DNA of 64,000 nt, taken from Cyclobacteriaceae bacterium (lineage in GTDB: Bacteria; Bacteroidota; Bacteroidia; Cytophagales; Cyclobacteriaceae). Shown one piece after another: positions 55,050-63,439 of this stretch. The stretch lies in contig JAEUUJ010000082.1 in assembly GCA_016786495.1 (NCBI GenBank), positions 15,365 to 79,364 of the forward strand, in the 5' to 3' direction. A program made the position numbers and the translations under genes. Under the pieces are notes generated by a model that searched no databases, was not told where the DNA came from, and saw only the letters and a list, made by a program, of their open reading frames with translations. Numbering within the stretch: the stretch's first letter is position 1; each line of letters starts with the position of its first letter.

Positions 55050-56480
55050 TTATCGTGTTTTCATTTCCCGAATGGCCTTGGAGAAGGCCATTTTTATTTC
55101 ATGGCCATTGGTATGATGCTGGTTTTTAACCACCCACTTGCCGTTCACGATGGTACCGAGGCTTCTGCTTGAGTCGGATGTGTAAATAATGGACGCAAGC
55201 CGATTCCGTTCGGAAGTGTCGGCCAGTAAATGCGTGCCGGCATTGATAACCAGCGCATCAAACGGCTGGCCAATTTCAAAGTGATCGTTTGTTATGCGGC
55301 CCATCGCCTGCCGGCCTTGCGTAACGGCTTCGTTAACAAGATATCCGGCTGCATTGCCTTCGAACGTATTTCGCAGATTCGTGACCAACCGCTGGCGATA
55401 ATCAATCATTCTGAATTCCTCAAACGGATTTAGTCCAATATGACTGTCGGTGCCGATTGTCCAGTGGCCGCCCAGCTTCACATACTCTTTCATCCGAAAA
55501 ATTCCGTCACCTAAGTTTCCTTCTGTTGAAGGACACAACACTACATTGGCCTTCGAGCCAGCGAGCTTTCTTACTTCATCATCGTTCAAATGCGTGGAGT
55601 GTACCAGATGAAATCTTTCGTTCACGGGCAGGTTTTCAAGCATCCATTGCATCGGGCGCATGTTGCAATACGCCAGACAGTCTTCCACTTCTTTTTTCTG
55701 TTCCGATACATGAACATGAAACGGGATATCTTTTGGTCCGTTCGTGTAGGTTGTGATAATGTCGTTCAATTCAACTGCGCGCAACGAATGCACGCTAAAT
55801 CCAAGCGATGCTTGCGGGTGATTCAGAATTGCATGCGCCGAATCATCCAGCAAGTGAAAATACTCATCTACAGTTTTTGAAATAAAGCGCCTTTGTCTGG
55901 GCTGAGGATTGTTGCCGAACCCACCCTTCTGGTAAAAAACAGGGACGAGGGTAATTTTTATGCCGGCGATTTTAGCAGCTTCTACCATACGCAAGCCCAT
56001 CTCCGCCAGGTTGGCGTAGGGCTTACCGTCTTTATCGTGATGCAGGTAATGAAATTCGGCCACGTGTGTATAGCCATGCCGGGCCATCTCAGCATACAGC
56101 ATTGCAGCAATTGCCTGCGCCTGATCAGGGTCAACGCTCAATGCACATTTGTACATCTCTTCACGCCACGTCCAGAAATCGTCATCGGTTCCGACCGCAT
56201 GTGTTTCGGCCAGTCCGGCCATTGCGTATTGGAACGCGTGTGAATGTGCATTCTGAAATCCAGGCAAGGCAAAACCATTGACTGATTCAACGGCAGTCGG
56301 TCGCTGAGGAGCATCGGCAGATAAATACTGTATAATTCCGGTAGTATCAACGCCAACAAACGCAGGCGTTAACCAACCGCCTTTCTGAAGCAGCGATTGA
56401 AAATGGAAGTATTTAACTCCCTCACCCCTACCCCGGGAGAGTAGGGAGTTTTTTTGGTTATTATGGTTGATGTCTTTCAA
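55050..56480 (-). CDS. hutF: Formimidoylglutamate deiminase
   Basis: LPGFQNAHSHAFQYAMAG and the amidohydrolase-fold HxH. The only in-frame start is TTG 56480. The first 24 codons contain a palindromic element (see findings). Confidence 0.8.
   Translation of the reverse strand: MKDINHNNQKNSLLSRGRGEGVKYFHFQSLLQKGGWLTPAFVGVDTTGIIQYLSADAPQRPTAVESVNGFALPGFQNAHSHAFQYAMAGLAETHAVGTDDDFWTWREEMYKCALSVDPDQAQAIAAMLYAEMARHGYTHVAEFHYLHHDKDGKPYANLAEMGLRMVEAAKIAGIKITLVPVFYQKGGFGNNPQPRQRRFISKTVDEYFHLLDDSAHAILNHPQASLGFSVHSLRAVELNDIITTYTNGPKDIPFHVHVSEQKKEVEDCLAYCNMRPMQWMLENLPVNERFHLVHSTHLNDDEVRKLAGSKANVVLCPSTEGNLGDGIFRMKEYVKLGGHWTIGTDSHIGLNPFEEFRMIDYRQRLVTNLRNTFEGNAAGYLVNEAVTQGRQAMGRITNDHFEIGQPFDALVINAGTHLLADTSERNRLASIIYTSDSSRSLGTIVNGKWVVKNQHHTNGHEIKMAFSKAIREMKTR
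56415..56455. repeat. GC-rich palindromic hairpin + T7/A7 run embedded in the 5' end of hutF
   Basis: aactccct (56415-22) pairs with agggagtt (56443-50). An alternative inner stem pairs ccctac (56426-31) with gtaggg (56441-46). A T-run extends to 56455 on the + strand. Confidence 0.8.
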
Positions 56481-56485
56481 AATGG

Positions 56486-57286
56486 TTATCCCAAGGTATC
56501 CGCCAAATTACTCAATGTTTTTTGTAACAGCGTACGCATTTCATTTGCGCGCGGCTCATCATACCGGGTTTCGGAATCATCCATGTAGTTGACTTTGCTC
56601 ATTTCCAGCTGTAACGCGTGTTCGTTATTTTTTGGATCACAAAACTGGCGCGTGATATAGCCACCTTTAAAAGGATAATTGTGACTCAGCTGATAGTGGG
56701 AACTACCAAGCGTATTCATTGCCGCATCAATTATCGATGCCGATGCAGAGGCTCCATCCACATCACCTAAAATCAAATCAGGAAATGCTTCCTTGTTAAT
56801 TGTTGGGACGGCCTGACGGATTGAATGACACTCCCACAACAACACCTTTCCAAACTCACGTTTAATATCCGATAGCAACTCCCTGAGCTTATGATGATAC
56901 GGAGTGTAATATTTCTCGGTTCGTCTTTGCACTTCATCTGGCTGAACTTCTTTACGTTCATCATTATAAATCGGGGCTCCGAAAAAATCGGTTGCCGGAC
57001 ATAGTGCAGTAATAATTCTGCCATCCGTATACAGCGGTTTGCTTTGCGGATCACGGTTTAAGTCAATCACCCAGCGACTATAAACTGCATGAATAATGGT
57101 AATGCCCATGGCCGGTGCAAAGTCGTACAGGCGATGAACGAACCAGTCGGTATCGTCCGGGGCATTGATCATGTTCTGTTTATAAGTCGATCTTATTTCA
57201 TCCGGGAAGTCAACGCCGCAATGGGGAATGCTTAATAGAATGGGAATTCGCTTCGCAGTCGGCTGAATTATGTGGTAAGGTAACAA
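56486..57286 (-). CDS. hutG: N-formylglutamate amidohydrolase
   Basis: The FGase-family opening IPILLSIPHCG and WECHS fit the family. TTG start. Stop lies 5 nt before the hutF start. Confidence 0.8.
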   Translation of the reverse strand: MLPYHIIQPTAKRIPILLSIPHCGVDFPDEIRSTYKQNMINAPDDTDWFVHRLYDFAPAMGITIIHAVYSRWVIDLNRDPQSKPLYTDGRIITALCPATDFFGAPIYNDERKEVQPDEVQRRTEKYYTPYHHKLRELLSDIKREFGKVLLWECHSIRQAVPTINKEAFPDLILGDVDGASASASIIDAAMNTLGSSHYQLSHNYPFKGGYITRQFCDPKNNEHALQLEMSKVNYMDDSETRYDEPRANEMRTLLQKTLSNLADTLG

Positions 57287-57510
57287 TGCTTACTGGGTTT
57301 ATTTTTTTGGTATTCGGGTGCGCGCAAGGCATCAGTTAACTGTTCGTTCGTCACGCGACAACTGTCCCGTTGGTGGTGATGACGTGTTTTTACCAGCTCC
57401 AGGTTCCGTTCAATCTTTTTTTTAGCAGCTCAAAAATTGCAAACATAATAGTCAACACAGCAACGGTTAATAGTATGGCAGCAATGCTGCGCGTTTTTTT
57501 AACGTATGAT

Positions 57511-57960
57511 CTAGTGTATTTTCTTCTGACATTCCTCTAGTGCTTTCTTTGCAGCTGCTTCGTTTTGCCTTGCAAGATTTTCCATTTGGCGTGCTCGCTT
57601 CTCATTTTCAGCAGCCATAGCTTGATTCTGTTGGGCAAGCCTCCGTTGACTTTCAAGTTCTTTTTTCAACTGGTCGATGATAGCCTGTTGTTCGCTGGTT
57701 TGCTGACTTTGCTTTTGAGCAGCCTCATGATTGTTCATGGCTGTTTTCATCTCTTGTATGGCAATCGCTCGTTGTTGCTCAGCAACCATCCGTTGTTTGT
57801 CAGCTTCCGCCTGGGCCCGCTGCGCAATAAACAGGTTTCTGTCAGCCTCAAGCTTTTGAACATAGGCATAGACCAAAAACAGACCACAAAAAATACAAAC
57901 AACAAATGCTACGATTCGCATGCGTTTTAACTGCTTGCGCAGTTGATTTATCTGTTCCAT
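57511..57960 (-). CDS. Membrane-anchored coiled-coil protein (Q/A/E-rich), unknown function
   Basis: N-terminal TM segment MRIVAFVVCIFCGLFLVYAYV, followed by about 110 aa of heptad-like QAEADKQRMVAEQQRAIAIQE...ARQNEAAAKKALEE. Confidence 0.65.
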   Translation of the reverse strand: MEQINQLRKQLKRMRIVAFVVCIFCGLFLVYAYVQKLEADRNLFIAQRAQAEADKQRMVAEQQRAIAIQEMKTAMNNHEAAQKQSQQTSEQQAIIDQLKKELESQRRLAQQNQAMAAENEKRARQMENLARQNEAAAKKALEECQKKIH

Positions 57961-57972
57961 AAAAAGGATAGG

Positions 57973-59256
57973 TTAGTCATTCTTACGTTTGCGCTTCTTT
58001 TCTTTTTTTGCCTGCTCTGCCATGGCCTGAACCCTCTTCAATTCCGCCTCAGCTTTCTCAGCCATAGCCTGGGCAGTTCTCAGCGCTTGCTCGTTTTGAT
58101 CTTTGAGTGTGTTGATTTCCAACTGCTTTTCTGCCAATGCCTCACGATAGTACTCCGCGCGACCACCATTCAGTTGCCGCTTGAGGTTCATGATCCTTTT
58201 GTATGACTGATCTATCCTTTCTTTACTGATCGTTCCGTTCAGTACAAATCTCTTTATGATCTCATGCACTTTATCGACGGTACGCTCCTGGCTGCCCGAA
58301 ATGTTGTTTGAAAAAGTCAGGATGTCTACCCCGGCATTGATCGCCATGCGGATGGCCTCGTCCAACCCGTAGTGTTTGGTAATGGCATGCATCTGCATGT
58401 CGTCCGAAAAGATAACGCCATCATAGTGAAACTGCTTGCGCAACAAACTATCAATTACTTTTTTCGACAGCGTGCCCGGATTTCCTTTGGGATCTAATTT
58501 TTTATTAACGATGTGGGCCGTCATGATGGCATCTACTTCGCCTGAATCAATCAACGATCGGTACGGATACAGTTCCCGAATATTCCATGTGTTGGTAACA
58601 TCCGCTATGCCAAGATGCGTATCATCTTTCGAACTGCCGTGTCCGGGAAAATGCTTGAGCACAGAAATTACTCCGAGTTTTCGGTGTTGCCGGATTACTT
58701 CCCGTGCAAACACGGTAACGGAATCCTCCTGTGATGAAAATGCGCGTTCGGGTTTCACAATCGCCGGATTGGTTGGGTCTACTGCCAGATCCACTACCGG
58801 CGCGAAATTCACATTGATACCCAGGCCTGCCAGCGTTGCTGCGGTTGTCTCGGCATAAAACTGAACTGAGTCAGGCGTAAACTTGCCAAGGCGTGCGGCC
58901 GTTACCGATCGGGGAAATCCATACTTCTCTTTTAAGCGATTAACCTTGCCGCCCTCCTGATCGATGGAGATGAATAAGGGTATCGGGGCGGCATGTTGAT
59001 AAGTCCACGTAATCTTTTTCAATTCCGCATAAGAATTTTTTGCAGGAATATTCTTTTCGAAGATGATAATCGAACCCACCTTACCCTGACGGATTTCGTC
59101 CAGCACCTTGTCATCTACTTTTGATCCCGGAAACCCGATCAAAATCATCTGCCCGATTTTCACATCCAGGCTGTCTGTTGTTTGGGCAAACCCTTGCGCA
59201 CATCCAAACAGGAGGATGAACGTGATCAGATTGACATATTTCTTGTTCAAATTCAT
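57973..59256 (-). CDS. Glycoside hydrolase family 3 (NagZ-like beta-N-acetylhexosaminidase), exported, with C-terminal coiled-coil/Lys-rich tail
   Basis: Signal/lipobox LLFGCAQGFAQ. GH3 motifs KHFPGHG and SDDMQM. The tail reads ...QAMAEKAEAELKRVQAMAEQAKKEKKRKRKND. Confidence 0.85.
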   Translation of the reverse strand: MNLNKKYVNLITFILLFGCAQGFAQTTDSLDVKIGQMILIGFPGSKVDDKVLDEIRQGKVGSIIIFEKNIPAKNSYAELKKITWTYQHAAPIPLFISIDQEGGKVNRLKEKYGFPRSVTAARLGKFTPDSVQFYAETTAATLAGLGINVNFAPVVDLAVDPTNPAIVKPERAFSSQEDSVTVFAREVIRQHRKLGVISVLKHFPGHGSSKDDTHLGIADVTNTWNIRELYPYRSLIDSGEVDAIMTAHIVNKKLDPKGNPGTLSKKVIDSLLRKQFHYDGVIFSDDMQMHAITKHYGLDEAIRMAINAGVDILTFSNNISGSQERTVDKVHEIIKRFVLNGTISKERIDQSYKRIMNLKRQLNGGRAEYYREALAEKQLEINTLKDQNEQALRTAQAMAEKAEAELKRVQAMAEQAKKEKKRKRKND

Positions 59257-60542
59257 TAGTAGTGCAGGTAAAGGTCCTTTAAAATTTTCTCCATTTCTGC
59301 CCGAACCGTACTGGCGGGTGCGGGGTGGTTATTGCTCATGAAACTGAAGATAAGCGTTCGTCCCTTTTTTGTAATCAGGTAGCCGCTTAAACAATGATTA
59401 TTACTTAACGTGCCTGTTTTGCCGTACAGGTAGGGTGGTTCGTTTTTATAGGCGCGTTTCACCGTACCTGTTTTTCCACCGATCGCAAGTAACGGTAGCA
59501 GTCGTTCGCGCGGCACCTTGAGATAAATCTTTTCCCACAATCCAACAATGCTGCGGGGCGTAAACAGGTTATATCGCGAAAGTCCCGAACCATCTACCCA
59601 AACCGGTTCATCCGGTAAATCGGCCAGATGATTCTTCTTCATGTAGTTAATGACTATCTCGGGTTTCAGTGAATCGCTTAACACGCCTGCGCAGGTCAGC
59701 AACAGTTGTTCCGCAATAAAATTATCGCTCTCCTGCATCATCTCCTTATACAACGTGTCGGCCGGAATGCTGTAAAGTTTTTTTGCAGCAGAAGGAAGTC
59801 TTCGATTAATTACCGTCACCTCTTTCTTAAGCGTGTCCGACAATAGCTTGGCCGTTAATGCCGGACTTGTTTTAAACGGAGCTTTCCACTCGTTGAGTAA
59901 ATCAGTCTTGCCCGGATACAAGTCTATTTTGTTCGACCCGATTTCCCGCGCAAGCGAAGATTTGCCGGCACTATCACGCACGGTAACATCAAATGAAAAG
60001 TATGAAGGTTGAGTTTTAATCGTGTTGGCCGATTGCTGCAGCGTGAAGTAATTTCCATAAACCGGCAAGGCCGATCGTTCTGATGAATACGTAAACGGCA
60101 AGTCGTCCCACGCCCAGCCCGAGCCAAGTGCATCGGTGTAGAAGTTACCCTCTGCCAGGAATAGCTTTTTAGAAGTGTTCCTTAAAAACGCAAAGGTGCG
60201 GCCAGGATCGTAAATATTTTCATACAAGAGCGATGGATCTCCCGTGCCCGCAAAAATCAGCGAGTCATTTGTCTCGATGTAGCGAAGGCCCGGAACAGAA
60301 TCGCCCAGGATCATCAGCGATGTATAAAACGTGAAAATTTTTGTGTTAGATGCCGGGGTAAAATACCGGTCGGACTGGAATGAATACAGCTCCTTCTTTT
60401 GAGCGGGATCGTAAAGCATGAATCCGGTGTGATCATGAAGCCGGCTTTCGAGGGAGTGGAAACGTTTCGTTAATACATGCCGGGATACTGGTGAGCAGCC
60501 AGCGGCCAACAAGCTAACCAGAATAAAAAAATAGGTTCTCAT
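59256..60542 (-). CDS. D-alanyl-D-alanine carboxypeptidase/endopeptidase (PBP4, S13 family) lipoprotein
   Basis: Lipobox LLAAGCS. SxxK motif (ASNTK) and KTG motif (GKTGTL). 1-nt stop/start overlap with the GH3 gene. Confidence 0.85.
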   Translation of the reverse strand: MRTYFFILVSLLAAGCSPVSRHVLTKRFHSLESRLHDHTGFMLYDPAQKKELYSFQSDRYFTPASNTKIFTFYTSLMILGDSVPGLRYIETNDSLIFAGTGDPSLLYENIYDPGRTFAFLRNTSKKLFLAEGNFYTDALGSGWAWDDLPFTYSSERSALPVYGNYFTLQQSANTIKTQPSYFSFDVTVRDSAGKSSLAREIGSNKIDLYPGKTDLLNEWKAPFKTSPALTAKLLSDTLKKEVTVINRRLPSAAKKLYSIPADTLYKEMMQESDNFIAEQLLLTCAGVLSDSLKPEIVINYMKKNHLADLPDEPVWVDGSGLSRYNLFTPRSIVGLWEKIYLKVPRERLLPLLAIGGKTGTVKRAYKNEPPYLYGKTGTLSNNHCLSGYLITKKGRTLIFSFMSNNHPAPASTVRAEMEKILKDLYLHY

Positions 60543-61057
60543 GCCTTGAGGTAACGTTCTTTAAGAACATTCAGGTGATGTGTCTCGTGTCCGGCAATGA
60601 TGTATCCGATGTTCAATACCGATACAAGATTTTTATTAGCCGTACCCTTGCGCTGAAGCATTTCAGGTGTAAAACTTGCAAACAAGTCGAGTGTGGTTTT
60701 TCGTAAACGTTGCGCTTCCGCCAGCAGTTGCTCCATGGAGCGGGCATGTGCGTTCGCTTCCGGTGCATAATTGTTTTCTTCGAATCCCGGAAGGTCCGTT
60801 GAATCGTTTCGCCCGAACCGCAGCGCACGATATGCAAAAATTCGTTCGGCATCAATCATATGACAAATCAACTCTTTGATGCTCCACTTGCCGGGTTCAT
60901 ACCGGTACTCCCCCATGCTTTCAGGCACCGCGCCCAGCAGACTCACTAAATTCTTTCCGGATTGTTCAAGCGCATCGAGCAAGCTTCCGTTCTGAACAAG
61001 CATCACGTAGTGATGATAATACTTTGGTAAAACAGAAAAATCGGGAGTTGTTTTCAT
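60539..61057 (-). CDS. DinB-family protein
   Basis: DinB His pattern (ICHMIDAERIF...AGHETHH). ATGA overlap with the PBP4 gene. Confidence 0.8.
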   Translation of the reverse strand: MKTTPDFSVLPKYYHHYVMLVQNGSLLDALEQSGKNLVSLLGAVPESMGEYRYEPGKWSIKELICHMIDAERIFAYRALRFGRNDSTDLPGFEENNYAPEANAHARSMEQLLAEAQRLRKTTLDLFASFTPEMLQRKGTANKNLVSVLNIGYIIAGHETHHLNVLKERYLKA

Positions 61058-61094
61058 ACCGCCAAAGTACTGAAGAAAAAGGGGTTACGAAACG

Positions 61095-63386
61095 CTAATT
61101 ATTCGGGATAACGATTTTTATCTCGGTGCCCTTGCCGAACGCACTTTTCAATTCAATGGTGCCTTTTAATTTATCAACGGCTTGCTTCACGATGTACATG
61201 CCCAGGCCTGACCCTTGCGACTTCTCGGTAGCACGATAAAACATGTCAAAAATTTTCCGAAGATGTTCGCGCTTGATTCCAATGCCATTATCGCTGAAGA
61301 TAATTTGCGCGGATGATGCCGTAACGGAAGCTTTAATTTTTAAACGGCTTTTCACACCCGGGTTATAATACTTATAGGCGTTGGAAATAATGTTTCCGAT
61401 GATGATTTTGATTCGCAGCAGATCGCTCCTGAAAATCCGTCCGCCCTTTACCCGAACTTCTGTTTTTACTGCGGCAAAATTTTCAAGATGATCAAGTTCC
61501 CGGACACATTCATTGATCAGTTTTTCAAGCGCAATTTCTTCAAAATGAATTTCACCCCGGTTCACCCTTCCGTAATTAAGCATCGACCGGATAAATTCAT
61601 CCAGTTTCTTAATGCGTCCTTCTATTTTATTGAGGTAATCCAGGCTATTATCCGGATCAAGATTCGCCAGATTCACCAATCCTAAAATTGAACTCAGTGG
61701 CGACCGAAGATCGTGTGATGTTTTGTACATCAACTGGTCGAGCTCAAAGTTGCGCTCTGAAAGTTCTTCCAGTGTTGACGTTAGATTCTGCTCCTGAATG
61801 GCAAGTTTCCGGTTTTGCTCTGCCAGGTTGTCGTTCAGCACACGTAGCTTTTCTTCCGACTTTCTGCGCTGCGTAACGTCACGCACAAACACGGCAACTC
61901 CGGTTACGATATTCCCGGAGCCGAAAATGGGATTGTACGTGGTTTCGATATATCGGTCGCGATACCGGGTTTGATTGATACGCTGTTCCGAAACAAAGTG
62001 CTCGCCCTTCAATGCCCGCTTCAATTCGGCAACCAGCCAGGTTTCTTCTTTCGTTCCTTTCAGATAGTCTACCGAGCTACCGCCAATTTTCAATGTGGCT
62101 CCGTAGATGAGTTTGGCCATTCGCGCATGATTTCGGTTAAATGCGACATACCGGAATCGTGTATCAATGGCATAGATTGATTCCTGCGTGCTCTCCATCA
62201 CACCCATCAGGTTCGCGTTAAGCACATTGATTTCTTCCTCGTGCTTCCGGATTTCCGTAATGTCGGTAATGAATCCGATCACAAACTTCTCGCCCTCATC
62301 ATTAACGTACCGCGATTTCACGGTAAGCATGTGCTTGGTCTTTCCGTCCTGAAGTGTGATCTTCTCATGATTAAGGACTACTTTGCCCGTTCGAAGAACA
62401 TGGCTGTCGATTTTCCAGTACTCATCACAATCTTCCTTCGAAAAGAAATCATAGTCGGTTTTACCCAGTAACTCACGCCGGGATAAATCGGTGAACCAGC
62501 AGAACGCGTCATTGAACATGACGTGGCGGTGTTTGCTGTCTTTCACAAAAATAGGTGCGGCCACCGTGCGCATTACGTTATCCAAAAAGTTGCGCGACTC
62601 GTGAAGTTGTTTCTCCGCGATCTTCTGGCGGGTTATATCCTGAACGGAACCCACAAAATATTCGCGGCCGTTATCGGTAAAGGCGGTTAGCGAAATGGTA
62701 CCCCAAAAACTTTTAGCGCCCTTGCGATTGAAAAGCGCCTGCTCATTACGAACACTTTTGTTTCGCTTCAGCAGGTTTTTAATCTCGCTCCATCGTCGTG
62801 TTTGAACAAACAGGTGATACGGCTTCACCTGGCGCATTTGTTCGAGCGTGTCGTAGCCGCTTAGTTTGAGAAACGCACGGTTCACATATTGAAATGATCC
62901 GCCCATGACGCCCAGAAAAATTCCGTCAGCAATATTGTCACTGATGATGCTAAGCAATTGTCGGCTTTTTGCATCGCTGTCGTGAGCCGATTTCGGTTGC
63001 AGTATTCGGATATTGATGAGAATACCTCCAACATCATCATGATCCAACAGGTTAGTTAACGTGAACGTGGTCCAAAGCAGGTTTGCATTCTTATGAACCG
63101 ACCGGAACGTGCAAACCGTATGGTTTGATTGATCAAAAATTGAATTAATCTTATCCTGAAGAAGTGAAGCATCCTCTGGATAAACAAGGGTTGATGCAGG
63201 CTTACCCAGAAGCTCTTTTGCGGTGTGCCCAAGCAACGTTTTTAGTGATGCGTTTGCATAGTGAATGATGCCGCGTGAATCCGTGAGTAAAATGCCGTCC
63301 GGAGCCTGGTCAATTATTGCTGCAAACCTGGCGGCTTTAACTGAGGGCGTCTTTTTTAAGCTTTTTGATTTGACCGGCTTACCCAT
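61095..63386 (-). CDS. Cytoplasmic multi-PAS sensor histidine kinase (no TM segment)
   Basis: About four PAS-like modules, then H-box SHDLRSPLSSI, N-box IISNAYKY, and the G-boxes DNGIGI and GSGLGMYIVK. Confidence 0.88.
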   Translation of the reverse strand: MGKPVKSKSLKKTPSVKAARFAAIIDQAPDGILLTDSRGIIHYANASLKTLLGHTAKELLGKPASTLVYPEDASLLQDKINSIFDQSNHTVCTFRSVHKNANLLWTTFTLTNLLDHDDVGGILINIRILQPKSAHDSDAKSRQLLSIISDNIADGIFLGVMGGSFQYVNRAFLKLSGYDTLEQMRQVKPYHLFVQTRRWSEIKNLLKRNKSVRNEQALFNRKGAKSFWGTISLTAFTDNGREYFVGSVQDITRQKIAEKQLHESRNFLDNVMRTVAAPIFVKDSKHRHVMFNDAFCWFTDLSRRELLGKTDYDFFSKEDCDEYWKIDSHVLRTGKVVLNHEKITLQDGKTKHMLTVKSRYVNDEGEKFVIGFITDITEIRKHEEEINVLNANLMGVMESTQESIYAIDTRFRYVAFNRNHARMAKLIYGATLKIGGSSVDYLKGTKEETWLVAELKRALKGEHFVSEQRINQTRYRDRYIETTYNPIFGSGNIVTGVAVFVRDVTQRRKSEEKLRVLNDNLAEQNRKLAIQEQNLTSTLEELSERNFELDQLMYKTSHDLRSPLSSILGLVNLANLDPDNSLDYLNKIEGRIKKLDEFIRSMLNYGRVNRGEIHFEEIALEKLINECVRELDHLENFAAVKTEVRVKGGRIFRSDLLRIKIIIGNIISNAYKYYNPGVKSRLKIKASVTASSAQIIFSDNGIGIKREHLRKIFDMFYRATEKSQGSGLGMYIVKQAVDKLKGTIELKSAFGKGTEIKIVIPNN

Positions 63387-63439
63387 CGCGCCTGATGCTT
63401 ACGATAGGAAATTAGGGAAAATAGTTCAGACTGCCTGTA

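Noticed and set aside
57287-57510. Small ORFs in the 224-nt gap: a 53-aa + strand ORF (MTCFYQLQ...) and a minus-strand TM-like peptide (KKTRSIAAILLTVAVLTIMFAIFELLKKRLNGTWSW)
   Set aside because: The + ORF reads straight through the terminator-like hairpin. The TM-like frame opens right after a TAG and has no start codon until inside the helix. Neither is supportable as a gene.
63387-63439. Possibility that the Y_Y_Y/TM ORF and the PAS kinase are one gene broken by a sequencing frameshift
   Set aside because: This is not supported in the window. An in-frame TAA lies five codons upstream of the kinase ATG, the upstream ORF ends with a clean stop after a cytoplasmic-looking tail, and a 53-nt spacer separates them. 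It is kept as an alternative to test in the related finding.
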